The notes under the pieces are model-generated. The model was not told where the DNA came from, made no database searches, and saw only the letters and a program-made list of their open reading frames with translations. Positions 25,240-32,000 of a stretch of DNA of 32,000 nt are shown one piece after another. The stretch's first letter is position 1. The number at the start of each line of letters is the position of its first letter. The translations under genes were made by a program, and so were the position numbers. Origin of the DNA: an archaeon (lineage in GTDB: Archaea; Iainarchaeota; Iainarchaeia; Iainarchaeales; 1-14-0-10-31-34); the NCBI GenBank assembly GCA_024277355.1, contig JAJRVL010000004.1, forward strand, positions 180,001 to 212,000, in the 5' to 3' direction.

Positions 25240-25893
25240 TTATTGCAAATCAACTAAAGGCATAAAAACAAACTTTCCGTTTTTTACGCCTAATAAAAGA
25301 ATGTTTCTGGTTGGAAAATCTATATATTTTGTTTTTGTTCTTCTGTAAAATCTTCCAAACGCTTCATTTAACTGTGTTTTAGTTACTCTGTGTTTTTTCT
25401 TTAATTTTCTGAAAAACTCCTGTCCTCTGATTGTTTTTCCATTAGAACCTAAAATTTCATCTAAATTAGGTTTATTTGTTTTAGCCATTGCAACTAAACC
25501 ATTGCCTAAAGCATAAGCAATAGGTTCACGTAAAACATAATTTTCTGGTTCAAAAGACTTGTTATGACTTTTAACTATTTTTTTTATTTCATTTATTTCT
25601 TTAATTGAATTAGGTGCAACATGAATTTTTTTTATTACTAACTTTATTCCAGGAAACTGTTTTGAAACATCCATCTCCCTTACTCTTCCTCCTGCACTGC
25701 TTATATTTTTTGGATTTAAAGCTAAAAGTTGTTTTATTTCAGGGTCATTTCTTCTATGGTCAATGTTTTTCATTGAACCTAAATTACCTGAAATTTCTTC
25801 TTTTCCTTGTTTAAATCTTTTTCTTTGTTCCCGTTTATCAGTAATTTTTTTTAATCTTGAAACAAGTTTTTTAGGCAGAGGTTTTGTCGGCAT
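25240..25893 (-). CDS. Kinase-like paralog 3 (217 aa from MPTKPLPKK)
   Basis: Start moved to ATG 25893 to match the paralog N-termini. Blocks: GGRVREMDVSKQFPGIKLVIKKIH, REPIAYALGNGLVAMAKTNKPNLDEILG, IDFPTRNILLLGVKNGKFVFMPLVDLQ. Confidence 0.65.
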   Translation of the reverse strand: MPTKPLPKKLVSRLKKITDKREQRKRFKQGKEEISGNLGSMKNIDHRRNDPEIKQLLALNPKNISSAGGRVREMDVSKQFPGIKLVIKKIHVAPNSIKEINEIKKIVKSHNKSFEPENYVLREPIAYALGNGLVAMAKTNKPNLDEILGSNGKTIRGQEFFRKLKKKHRVTKTQLNEAFGRFYRRTKTKYIDFPTRNILLLGVKNGKFVFMPLVDLQ

Positions 25894-25960
25894 AATATAA
25901 TTAGATTTTTGTTGTTTAAAAAACAAATGTTTTTGAATATTTTTTGGTTTTTTGTCTTAG

Positions 25961-26165
25961 AGAAAAAAAACAGAAGGAGGAAAAAGCACGCCTTAAAGAC
26001 GTGCTATCCCCAACTGAACGGGGTGAAGTCGTACAGTGATATTAACGGATAAACCGTTATCAGGAAGCAGTTTGTTCATTGACAGCAATGAGTATTTCTA
26101 AAGAGAAATCTTTTATCTGCTTCCTGAAAAAGGAAGAGAAACCTAAATTAAAATCTTCTTCCATT
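25961..26165. ncRNA. Hairpin-dense GC-enriched non-coding island, candidate structured RNA of unknown class
   Basis: Simple hairpins: AGCACG-N9-CGTGCT (25985-26005), CCCC-N8-GGGG (26008-26023), TAACGG-ATAAA-CCGTTA (26043-26059). An 11-bp helix TCAGGAAGCAG / CTGCTTCCTGA (26060-26070 / 26117-26127) encloses TCATTG-ACAG-CAATGA and ATTTCT-AAAG-AGAAAT. GGAAGAG...CTTCTTCC spans 26132-26162. No ORF. Confidence 0.4.
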
Positions 26166-26196
26166 AAAATCAATTATAATTAGACTTAAGTTTAAC

Positions 26197-26697
26197 TTAA
26201 ATATTTGGAAGCCTTACTGCCCGTGATATTCCTTTTTCAAGTAATGAATTAAATTCTTTTTGTGAAGGATGAAATTCATCTATGTTAACTTTATATTTTT
26301 CTTTAACAGAAGCTGAAACACTTGGGAAATATTTTTTTGCACTTTCAATTAATTGAAGATCAGCAACAATAATATCTGCACTTTTAAGCAGTTTAATTCT
26401 TGCATAAGTAGTTTCTTTTCCTATAGCTAAATTTAAAGCAACATTACTTAAAATAAAATTTTCAGAAAAACCTCTTTTTCTTAAAAATTCCCCAAACAAT
26501 TTCTGTGTTTTTTCACTTCTTGTATAAAGTGAACCAAAAAAAACTATTTTCAACGGACGTTTATTTTCTAATTTTTTTTTAATGTTTTTTAAAATGAATT
26601 TTTTTCTTTTAACTAAATCTGGTTTAGGTTTTTTCTTTGCTTTAGGAGAACGCAAACTATGCATTTTCCTTCTTCTTGCTTTTAAAGGAGTAGTCAT
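26197..26697 (-). CDS. Hypothetical protein with highly basic N-terminal extension
   Basis: 166-aa ORF. The N-terminus MTTPLKARRRKMHSLRSPKAKKKPKPDLVKRKKF is followed by a possible alpha/beta domain (LKIVFFGS...ADIIVADL). No firm family assignment. Confidence 0.5.
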   Translation of the reverse strand: MTTPLKARRRKMHSLRSPKAKKKPKPDLVKRKKFILKNIKKKLENKRPLKIVFFGSLYTRSEKTQKLFGEFLRKRGFSENFILSNVALNLAIGKETTYARIKLLKSADIIVADLQLIESAKKYFPSVSASVKEKYKVNIDEFHPSQKEFNSLLEKGISRAVRLPNI

Positions 26698-26912
26698 AAA
26701 ATCACAAATAAAATAAACATGTTTTTCTTTATTTAAAATGTTTTCTGAAAACCCTGCGTAAAAAAAAAATTAAGTTTTTACTTTTTATTTAGCCAAAAGC
26801 GTTTTTGATGCAACTTTTTCTGAAAAAATTGTAATTGCAATGCCTTTAAAAACTTTTTTTGAGAAAAAATAATAATCTTAATACCAAAATTGAATCCAAA
26901 GGAGTTGAAGAA

Positions 26913-28919
26913 ATGGAACTAGTTTTTTATTCTATTATTGCAGGAATAATTGCATTGCTTTATACTGTAATATTAAACAACAAAATTAATTCTCATGGAG
27001 TCGGAAACGACAAAATGAAAGAAATAAGTTTAGCAATAAGAGAAGGAGCAATGGCTTTTCTTAAAAGAGAATATAAAAGTTTAGCATTTTTTATTGCAAT
27101 TGTATTTATTATATTAACAATTTTAAGCCAGGTTTATCCTCAGGCAATGAACTTTTTTGTAGGAGTATCTTTTATTGTTGGTGCTTTATGTTCAGCTTTA
27201 GCCGGATGGTTAGGCATGAGTACAGCAACAAACTCTAATGTTAGAACTACTCAGGCAGCAACAACTTCAATGAGTGAAGCATTAAAAATTGCTTTTTCTT
27301 CAGGAGCCGTAATGGGTTTAAGTGTAGTAGGATTAGGAATTTTAGGAATAAGTGTATTATATTACATTTACTCTGGAATAATGAATTTTCCAAATCCAAC
27401 TGTTTTATTATTTGGATTTAGTTTTGGTGCTTCAAGCATTGCATTATTTGCAAGAGTTGGAGGCGGAATTTACACTAAAGCTGCAGATGTAGGAGCAGAT
27501 TTAGTTGGAAAAGTTGAAGCAGGAATTCCAGAAGACGATCCAAGAAATCCAGCAGTAATAGCAGACAATGTAGGAGACAATGTAGGAGATGTTGCCGGAA
27601 TGGGAGCAGACTTATTTGAAAGTTATGTTGGAAGTATTATTGCTTCAATGGCTTTAGGTTTAATTGCATTTGAAGTAATTGGAATGGAATTTCCTTTAGT
27701 TTTAGCAGCAGCAGGAATACTTGCTTCAATTATTGGAATAGTTTATGTTAATTTAATGAGCACAGGTTCAGGAGTTCATTCAGCTTTAAGAAACGGAACT
27801 CTTGTTGCAGCAGGAATAATGACTGTTTTTGCTTTTTTGTTAACAAACTATTTTGGGTTGCCAATTGAAATATTTTATTCAATGATAATTGGATTAATTG
27901 TAGGGTTATTAATTGGTTTTTTAACTGAATATTACACTGCACATGAACACAAACCAACACAAAAAGTAAGCCAGTCATCTGAAACAGGAGCAGCAACAAA
28001 TATTATTGCAGGATTATCTTTAGGTTATGTTTCAACTGCCTTGCCTGTATTAGTTTTAGTAATAGGAATATATTTTGCTTATGCTTTTGGAGGCTTATAT
28101 GGAATTGGAATTGCCGCAGTTGGAATGCTTTCAACTTTAGGAATAACTTTAGCTGTAGATGCATATGGCCCAGTAGCAGACAACGCAGGTGGAATAGCAG
28201 AAATGGCAGGTTTAGATAAAAAAGTAAGAGAAGTAACTGATTCATTAGATGCAGCAGGAAACACAACTGCAGCAATAGGAAAAGGATTTGCAATTGGTTC
28301 AGCTGCATTAACTGCTTTAGCTTTTTTTGCAACTTTTAGCCAGACAGCAGATTTAACTGTAATAAACATTTTAGATACAAATGTAATGGTTGGATTATTG
28401 CTTGGAGCAATGCTTCCGTTTTTGTTTAGTTCTTTTGCAATGACTGCAGTAGGAGAAGCAGCAGAAGCAATGATAGCAGAAGTAAGAAGACAATTCAAAG
28501 AAATAAAAGGATTAATGGAAGGAAAAGCAAAACCAGACTATAAAAGATGCGTTGAAATTTCAACTGATGCAGCATTAAAAAAAATGGTTATGCCTGGCTT
28601 ACTAGCTATTTTATCACCTATTGTTGTTGGCTTAATTTTAGGGCCAGAAGGATTAGGCGGATTATTAGCTGGCGCATTAGTGTCAGGAGTAATGATGGCA
28701 ATAATGATGGCTAATGCAGGCGGAGCATGGGATAACGCAAAAAAATACATTGAATTAGGACATCATGGAGGTAAAGGTTCTCCTGCACATAAAGCAGCAG
28801 TAACAGGAGACACAGTAGGAGACCCATTTAAAGATACAGCAGGACCTTCATTAAACATTCTAATAAAATTAATGAGCATTACAGCATTAATTTTTGCTTC
28901 AATTTTAGTGGTTTTATAA
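26913..28919 (+). CDS. hppA: Membrane-bound K+-insensitive/sensitive H+(Na+)-translocating pyrophosphatase
   Basis: Start taken at ATG 26913 (MELVFYSII), preceded by GGAG. Motifs: [68 protein letters not shown]. There are about 16 TM segments. Confidence 0.9.
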   Translation: MELVFYSIIAGIIALLYTVILNNKINSHGVGNDKMKEISLAIREGAMAFLKREYKSLAFFIAIVFIILTILSQVYPQAMNFFVGVSFIVGALCSALAGWLGMSTATNSNVRTTQAATTSMSEALKIAFSSGAVMGLSVVGLGILGISVLYYIYSGIMNFPNPTVLLFGFSFGASSIALFARVGGGIYTKAADVGADLVGKVEAGIPEDDPRNPAVIADNVGDNVGDVAGMGADLFESYVGSIIASMALGLIAFEVIGMEFPLVLAAAGILASIIGIVYVNLMSTGSGVHSALRNGTLVAAGIMTVFAFLLTNYFGLPIEIFYSMIIGLIVGLLIGFLTEYYTAHEHKPTQKVSQSSETGAATNIIAGLSLGYVSTALPVLVLVIGIYFAYAFGGLYGIGIAAVGMLSTLGITLAVDAYGPVADNAGGIAEMAGLDKKVREVTDSLDAAGNTTAAIGKGFAIGSAALTALAFFATFSQTADLTVINILDTNVMVGLLLGAMLPFLFSSFAMTAVGEAAEAMIAEVRRQFKEIKGLMEGKAKPDYKRCVEISTDAALKKMVMPGLLAILSPIVVGLILGPEGLGGLLAGALVSGVMMAIMMANAGGAWDNAKKYIELGHHGGKGSPAHKAAVTGDTVGDPFKDTAGPSLNILIKLMSITALIFASILVVL

Positions 28920-28940
28920 ACCACTAATTTTCTTTTTTTT
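28908..28940 (+). terminator. Hairpin plus T-run at the end of hppA
   Basis: GTGGTT-TTATA-AACCAC (28908-28924) spans the stop codon and is followed by TAATTTTCTTTTTTTT. Confidence 0.45.
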
Positions 28941-28949
28941 CTAATTTTA

Positions 28950-29132
28950 TTATTTATTTTTATTTCTTTTTTTACGGGATAATAAAGCAGAATCAATTTT
29001 AACGCCCTTGTGCATTAATTCAGTAATAAGTGAATTAGACAAAGGTTTTTTTTGATGAAATAAAGTTGAATTATGAAGTTTTCCTGAATTATTTTTAGGA
29101 TTAATAATTTTTTTTCGGTTTAATCTGGGCAT
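28950..29132 (-). CDS. Small basic protein S60 (MPRLNRKK...), shortest member of the small basic-protein (DRR) family; it lacks the DRR tripeptide itself
   Basis: 60 aa with an MP start. The C-terminus [16 protein letters not shown] aligns with the C-termini of the two upstream paralogs. Confidence 0.4.
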   Translation of the reverse strand: MPRLNRKKIINPKNNSGKLHNSTLFHQKKPLSNSLITELMHKGVKIDSALLSRKKRNKNK

Positions 29133-29136
29133 AAAA

Positions 29137-29532
29137 TCACTTTTTCCTTCTTTCTTTTTTTACTGCAGTTTTTCTTCTGTCAGTTTTAATCTGAACATGA
29201 TTAACAGCAGCATAAGATTTAATTTTTTTTTCATTACTTTTAGTTTTTATTTTTCCTACTGCTTCAGGGAAACCATATCTTATTTTTTCACTTAATTTAT
29301 TTTTAGTTATTTGTCTTTTGTTTTGATAACCTAAATCTTTGTAATGTCTGGTTTTTAATTCTTGTTTTGTTCCATTAACTTCAACAATTCGTCTTTTTTC
29401 TTGTGCAACAAAAGAGCTTGTTCTTCTGTCAGCTAAACCGGTTCTTCTGTCTTGTCCTATTCTTCTGTCTAAACCAAGAAATCTTCCTGTTTTAGTTTTT
29501 CTTAATTTGTTAATTAATTTTTTAACTGGCAT
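29137..29532 (-). CDS. Small basic protein S131 with four Asp-Arg-Arg elements
   Basis: 131 aa: MPVKKLINKLRKTKTGRFLGLDRRIGQDRRTGLADRRTS...IKTDRRKTAVKKERRKK. Confidence 0.55.
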   Translation of the reverse strand: MPVKKLINKLRKTKTGRFLGLDRRIGQDRRTGLADRRTSSFVAQEKRRIVEVNGTKQELKTRHYKDLGYQNKRQITKNKLSEKIRYGFPEAVGKIKTKSNEKKIKSYAAVNHVQIKTDRRKTAVKKERRKK

Positions 29533-29578
29533 TAAATCACAAATAAAATACAGAAATAGAAGTTAATAAAGTTAAGCT

Positions 29579-29938
29579 TTATTTTTTTCTTCTGTTTTTT
29601 TTAACAGAAGTATTTCTTCTGTCAATTGAAACATTAACATCAGATTTCATTAAAGCTGAACTGTCTTTAAAATTAACTACAGTAGTTTGTTTGTGTTCTT
29701 CAGTTTTAATTAATTTAGGTTTATTTGATTTATCATAAAATTTTCTTTTTTTATGAGAACTTAAATCAGTATAATCTAAAGTAATATCTCCTGTTTTAGT
29801 TTTATTTAAAATTTTTTTAGCAGGAAAAAGATTTTTTCTTCTTTCTTCAGGATTAGTTCTTTCAACAAAAAGTTTTGTGTTTTTTCTTCTGTTGAATTTT
29901 TTGAATTTTCTTCTAATCCAATTAAATAGTTTAGGCAT
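29579..29938 (-). CDS. Small basic protein S119 of the DRR family
   Basis: Start placed at ATG 29938 (MPKLFNWIRRKFKKF) by analogy with the paralogs. The C-terminus is SIDRRNTSVKKNRRKK. The longer track ORF would overlap the 30007..30183 gene. Confidence 0.5.
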   Translation of the reverse strand: MPKLFNWIRRKFKKFNRRKNTKLFVERTNPEERRKNLFPAKKILNKTKTGDITLDYTDLSSHKKRKFYDKSNKPKLIKTEEHKQTTVVNFKDSSALMKSDVNVSIDRRNTSVKKNRRKK

Positions 29939-30006
29939 AATAAAAAAATATAAAGGATTTAAATTAATAAAACTTTGTAAAAAAAATAGAAAGTGAAGGA
30001 AATCCT

Positions 30007-30183
30007 TCACAAGTCATAAGGTTTTAAGGTTTTTCTTCCATTGTCTGAGCATCTTTTGATTGCTGAATCAATGTTTGCCATAACACTGGCACTTAATGCA
30101 TCATAAGTATCAGAACCCATCTGCATATTTTTTGATTTAACATAATCTCCGACTTTACTTCTAACAACTAACATATCTGACAT
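30007..30183 (-). CDS. DUF1931 histone-fold-like small protein
   Basis: Hand translation (58 aa, below the track cutoff): MSDMLVVRSKVGDYVKSKNMQMGSDTYDALSASVMANIDSAIKRCSDNGRKTLKPYDL. The LVV.SKV...K...R...DA...L...V...I..A...A...GRKT+...D pattern fits DUF1931. GGGGG lies about 10 nt upstream of the ATG. Confidence 0.6.
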   Translation of the reverse strand: MSDMLVVRSKVGDYVKSKNMQMGSDTYDALSASVMANIDSAIKRCSDNGRKTLKPYDL

Positions 30184-30272
30184 AATTTTTTACCCCCAAA
30201 AATCATTAAAAAAGCATTATTTTAGTGCTTTTCTAAATTACATAAACAAAAAAGGTATTTAAATCTAATAGT

Positions 30273-30310
30273 CAAAAACAGCTAAAAACAGGGAAAAACA
30301 AGGAAAAAAC
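30273..30310. repeat. Four A-tracts phased at exactly 10 bp
   Basis: AAAAACA occurs at 30274, 30284 and 30294, and AAAAAAC at 30304 (caaaaacagc taaaaacagg gaaaaacaag gaaaaaacc). Confidence 0.7.
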
Positions 30311-30361
30311 CGTGAATTTCAGGGAATTAAAAGAAAAACAACAAACACGCTTATGTATAAG

Positions 30362-31279
30362 TTAGTCGTGTGCTTTTCCAATTATTTCATTTAATTTTGA
30401 AACATTATTTTGATTCATCCAGTCTTCAATTTCTTTTGTAATTTCATTAAAACAGGTTTTTCCTCTTGCATAAAGAACTGTTCCAATTCCTACAGCTGAA
30501 GCTCCAGCCATTATTAATTCAACTGCATCTTCTCCATTTGATATTCCGCCCATTCCTAAAATTGGAATTTCAATTTCTTTGTAAATGTCATAAACACATC
30601 TGACTGCAATTGGTTTTATTGCTGCTCCAGTGTATCCTCCTTTCTTAAAAGATAAAACTGGTTTTTTTGTTTTTAAATTTATTTTCATTCCAGGGCCAAC
30701 AGAATTAATTGCAGTTATTGCATTGGCTCCTGCTTCCTCGCAGGCTTTAGCTATTTTTCCTATGTCATTTGCCTGAGGAGTTAATTTTGGAAGAACAGGA
30801 ATTTTTCCAACAACATTTTTTACTTTTTCAGTTATTTCGCCTGCAATTTTTGAATCACAACTAAAAAGCATTCCAAAATTATCTACATTAGGACAGCTTA
30901 TATTTAATTCAATGAATTCAGGTTTTTTTCCTGCAATAAATTCTGCTACTTCAATAAATTCTTTTGTATTAGTTCCATAAATGCTTGCAATTAAAGGAAA
31001 ATTTCTTTTATTCATGTTTTCCCAGAAGTCTTCCATATTTTTATGTCCTGGAGTTGGCAGTCCAACTGCATTAAGTGTTCCGTGTTCTAATTTAACTATA
31101 AAAGGAAAAGGATGAGATTTTCTTTCTTTTGGACCAATGCTTTTCAAAGTTATTGCTCCTGCACCTGAATCATAAATTTCCTGCATTTCTTTATATTTGT
31201 CTCCATAAAAACCTGAAGGCAGCACAGTTGGATTACGAAAATCAAAAACTTTGTTTTTTACTCTTAAATCTGGTTTCAT
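30362..31279 (-). CDS. pyrD: Dihydroorotate dehydrogenase, class 1 catalytic subunit
   Basis: 305 aa with FRNPTVLPSG, GAITLKSI, NAVGLPTPG, ELNISCPNV (active-site Cys loop) and GMGGISNGEDAVELIMAGASAVGIGT. No adjacent pyrK-like gene. Confidence 0.85.
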   Translation of the reverse strand: MKPDLRVKNKVFDFRNPTVLPSGFYGDKYKEMQEIYDSGAGAITLKSIGPKERKSHPFPFIVKLEHGTLNAVGLPTPGHKNMEDFWENMNKRNFPLIASIYGTNTKEFIEVAEFIAGKKPEFIELNISCPNVDNFGMLFSCDSKIAGEITEKVKNVVGKIPVLPKLTPQANDIGKIAKACEEAGANAITAINSVGPGMKINLKTKKPVLSFKKGGYTGAAIKPIAVRCVYDIYKEIEIPILGMGGISNGEDAVELIMAGASAVGIGTVLYARGKTCFNEITKEIEDWMNQNNVSKLNEIIGKAHD

Positions 31280-31321
31280 CTAACTAAATTAAATGCAGTA
31301 ATATTTTTATTTTGATTGAAG

Positions 31322-32000
31322 TTAAAGAAAATTTTCAACACATTTACCCATTCTTTCAAGTGATTCAAGAAAAATCTGTTCCTGCAAAGTAAAATTCATT
31401 CTGAAATATCCTTTTACCTGAAAACTTTGATTACTTGGCAGAACTGAAACACTGTATTTTTTGAGCAGTGTTCTGCAAAATTTACTGCTGTCTTTTGAAA
31501 ATTTTATTTTAGGAAAACACACAGCTCCTGCTTCAGGAACAACATAATCAAAATAATTTGAATTGCTTTCCATAAATTCATTTAAACAATTAATGTTGAA
31601 TTCAGTTCTGTTAATTATTTCAGGAAGAATTTTATTTTTGTTTTTTAATACTTTTAAAGCAAAAAAATCACTTAAAGAAGGTGTAACGTGAGTTAAATAA
31701 TCCTTATAATTCCTGCATTCAATTAACTCTTTTTTATTTCCAATAAGCCAGCCAACTCTTAAACCCATTACTCCAAAACATTTCACAATTGAACCTGTGG
31801 CAAAAACTTTTTCATAACCTGAATTTAAGTCATAACCTGAAACAATATTCTTTCCTTTAAATGAAAGAAAACGATAGTGCTCGTCAAATAAAACAAAACA
31901 ATCATTTTCTTCTGCAATTCTAATTATTTCTTTTAACTGGACTTCAGGAATAATCTTCCCTGTAGGGTTGTGAGGCGAATTAATTACAATTAATTTTGTT
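31322..32000 (-). CDS. Class I/II PLP-dependent aminotransferase, 5' part outside the window
   Basis: The frame stays open upstream of the track Met to the window edge: ...TKLIVIINSPHNPTGKIIPE...FDEHY...ATGSIVKCFGVMGLRVGWLIG. N-x-x-NPTG-like and S-x-x-K PLP-lysine motifs are present. Confidence 0.75.
   Translation of the reverse strand, partial: TKLIVINSPHNPTGKIIPEVQLKEIIRIAEENDCFVLFDEHYRFLSFKGKNIVSGYDLNSGYEKVFATGSIVKCFGVMGLRVGWLIGNKKELIECRNYKDYLTHVTPSLSDFFALKVLKNKNKILPEIINRTEFNINCLNEFMESNSNYFDYVVPEAGAVCFPKIKFSKDSSKFCRTLLKKYSVSVLPSNQSFQVKGYFRMNFTLQEQIFLESLERMGKCVENFL

Noticed and set aside
26008-26032. Hammerhead-like CTGA...GAA around CCCCAACTGAACGGGGTGAAGTC
   Set aside because: The core would need CUGANGA. 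Here it reads CUGAACG, so the invariant G8/A9 are missing.
26040-26075. Resemblance of the minus-strand CCTGATAACGGTTTATCCGTTA to the TPP-riboswitch CCUGAU-stem-loop
   Set aside because: The partner elements of the THI-box (CUGAGA and the following ACCC) are absent on either strand.
26859-26912. Non-ATG extension of hppA from the ORF track
   Set aside because: ATG 26913 is preceded by GGAG and begins directly with the first TM segment. The extension is hydrophilic and atypical.
27748-28996. Antisense ORFs inside hppA (27748..27999, 28003..28332, 28079..28498, 28538..28750, 28763..28996)
   Set aside because: They lie opposite a highly conserved pyrophosphatase gene. Their translations are low complexity (poly-Leu/Gln or Ala/Pro-rich mirror of a Gly/Ala-rich protein).
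29939-30010. Longer version of ORF 29579..30010
   Set aside because: It would overlap the DUF1931 gene end. The internal MPKLFNW start matches the MP starts of the paralogs.

Overview
This is a strongly AT-rich, very compact segment. Convergent genes abut or overlap by a few nt. The gene content reads as archaeal and most like a reduced DPANN-type genome. That placement is an inference from Alba, tRNA-splicing endonuclease EndA, Sec61-beta, archaeal-type TrpRS and ValRS, and tRNA genes without encoded CCA.

Housekeeping content: tRNA-Leu(UAG), tRNA-Val(CAC), ValRS, TrpRS, EndA, Alba, Sec61-beta, PdxS/PdxT, class 1 PyrD, a class I/II aminotransferase, a Staphylococcus/eukaryote-type (type II) pantothenate kinase, a SERCA-like P-type ATPase and a membrane pyrophosphatase. 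PdxS carries one in-frame TAA.

No CRISPR array, rRNA, transposase or integrase was seen.

The most unusual part is 23.9-29.9 kb. It holds three tandem paralogs with a truncated protein-kinase-like signature and three tandem small basic proteins built around a repeated Asp-Arg-Arg element. Both families share an N-terminal MP-x-K...(I/L)D(R/H/P)R module. The two clusters lie on either side of hppA, and a roughly 200-nt hairpin-dense non-coding island sits directly upstream of the kinase-like cluster.

Other points of interest:
- A second structured non-coding island at 8.2-8.6 kb carries a copy of the palindromic motif found just upstream of tRNA-Val.
- A divergent HerA-like ATPase / PolB-exo-like nuclease pair.
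- A winged-helix regulator with a triple palindromic operator over its own promoter.
- Two paralogous membrane-anchored proteins flanking a lipoprotein.
- An internally duplicated thioredoxin-fold lipoprotein.

All functional calls come from reading motifs in the supplied translations. No database search was run.
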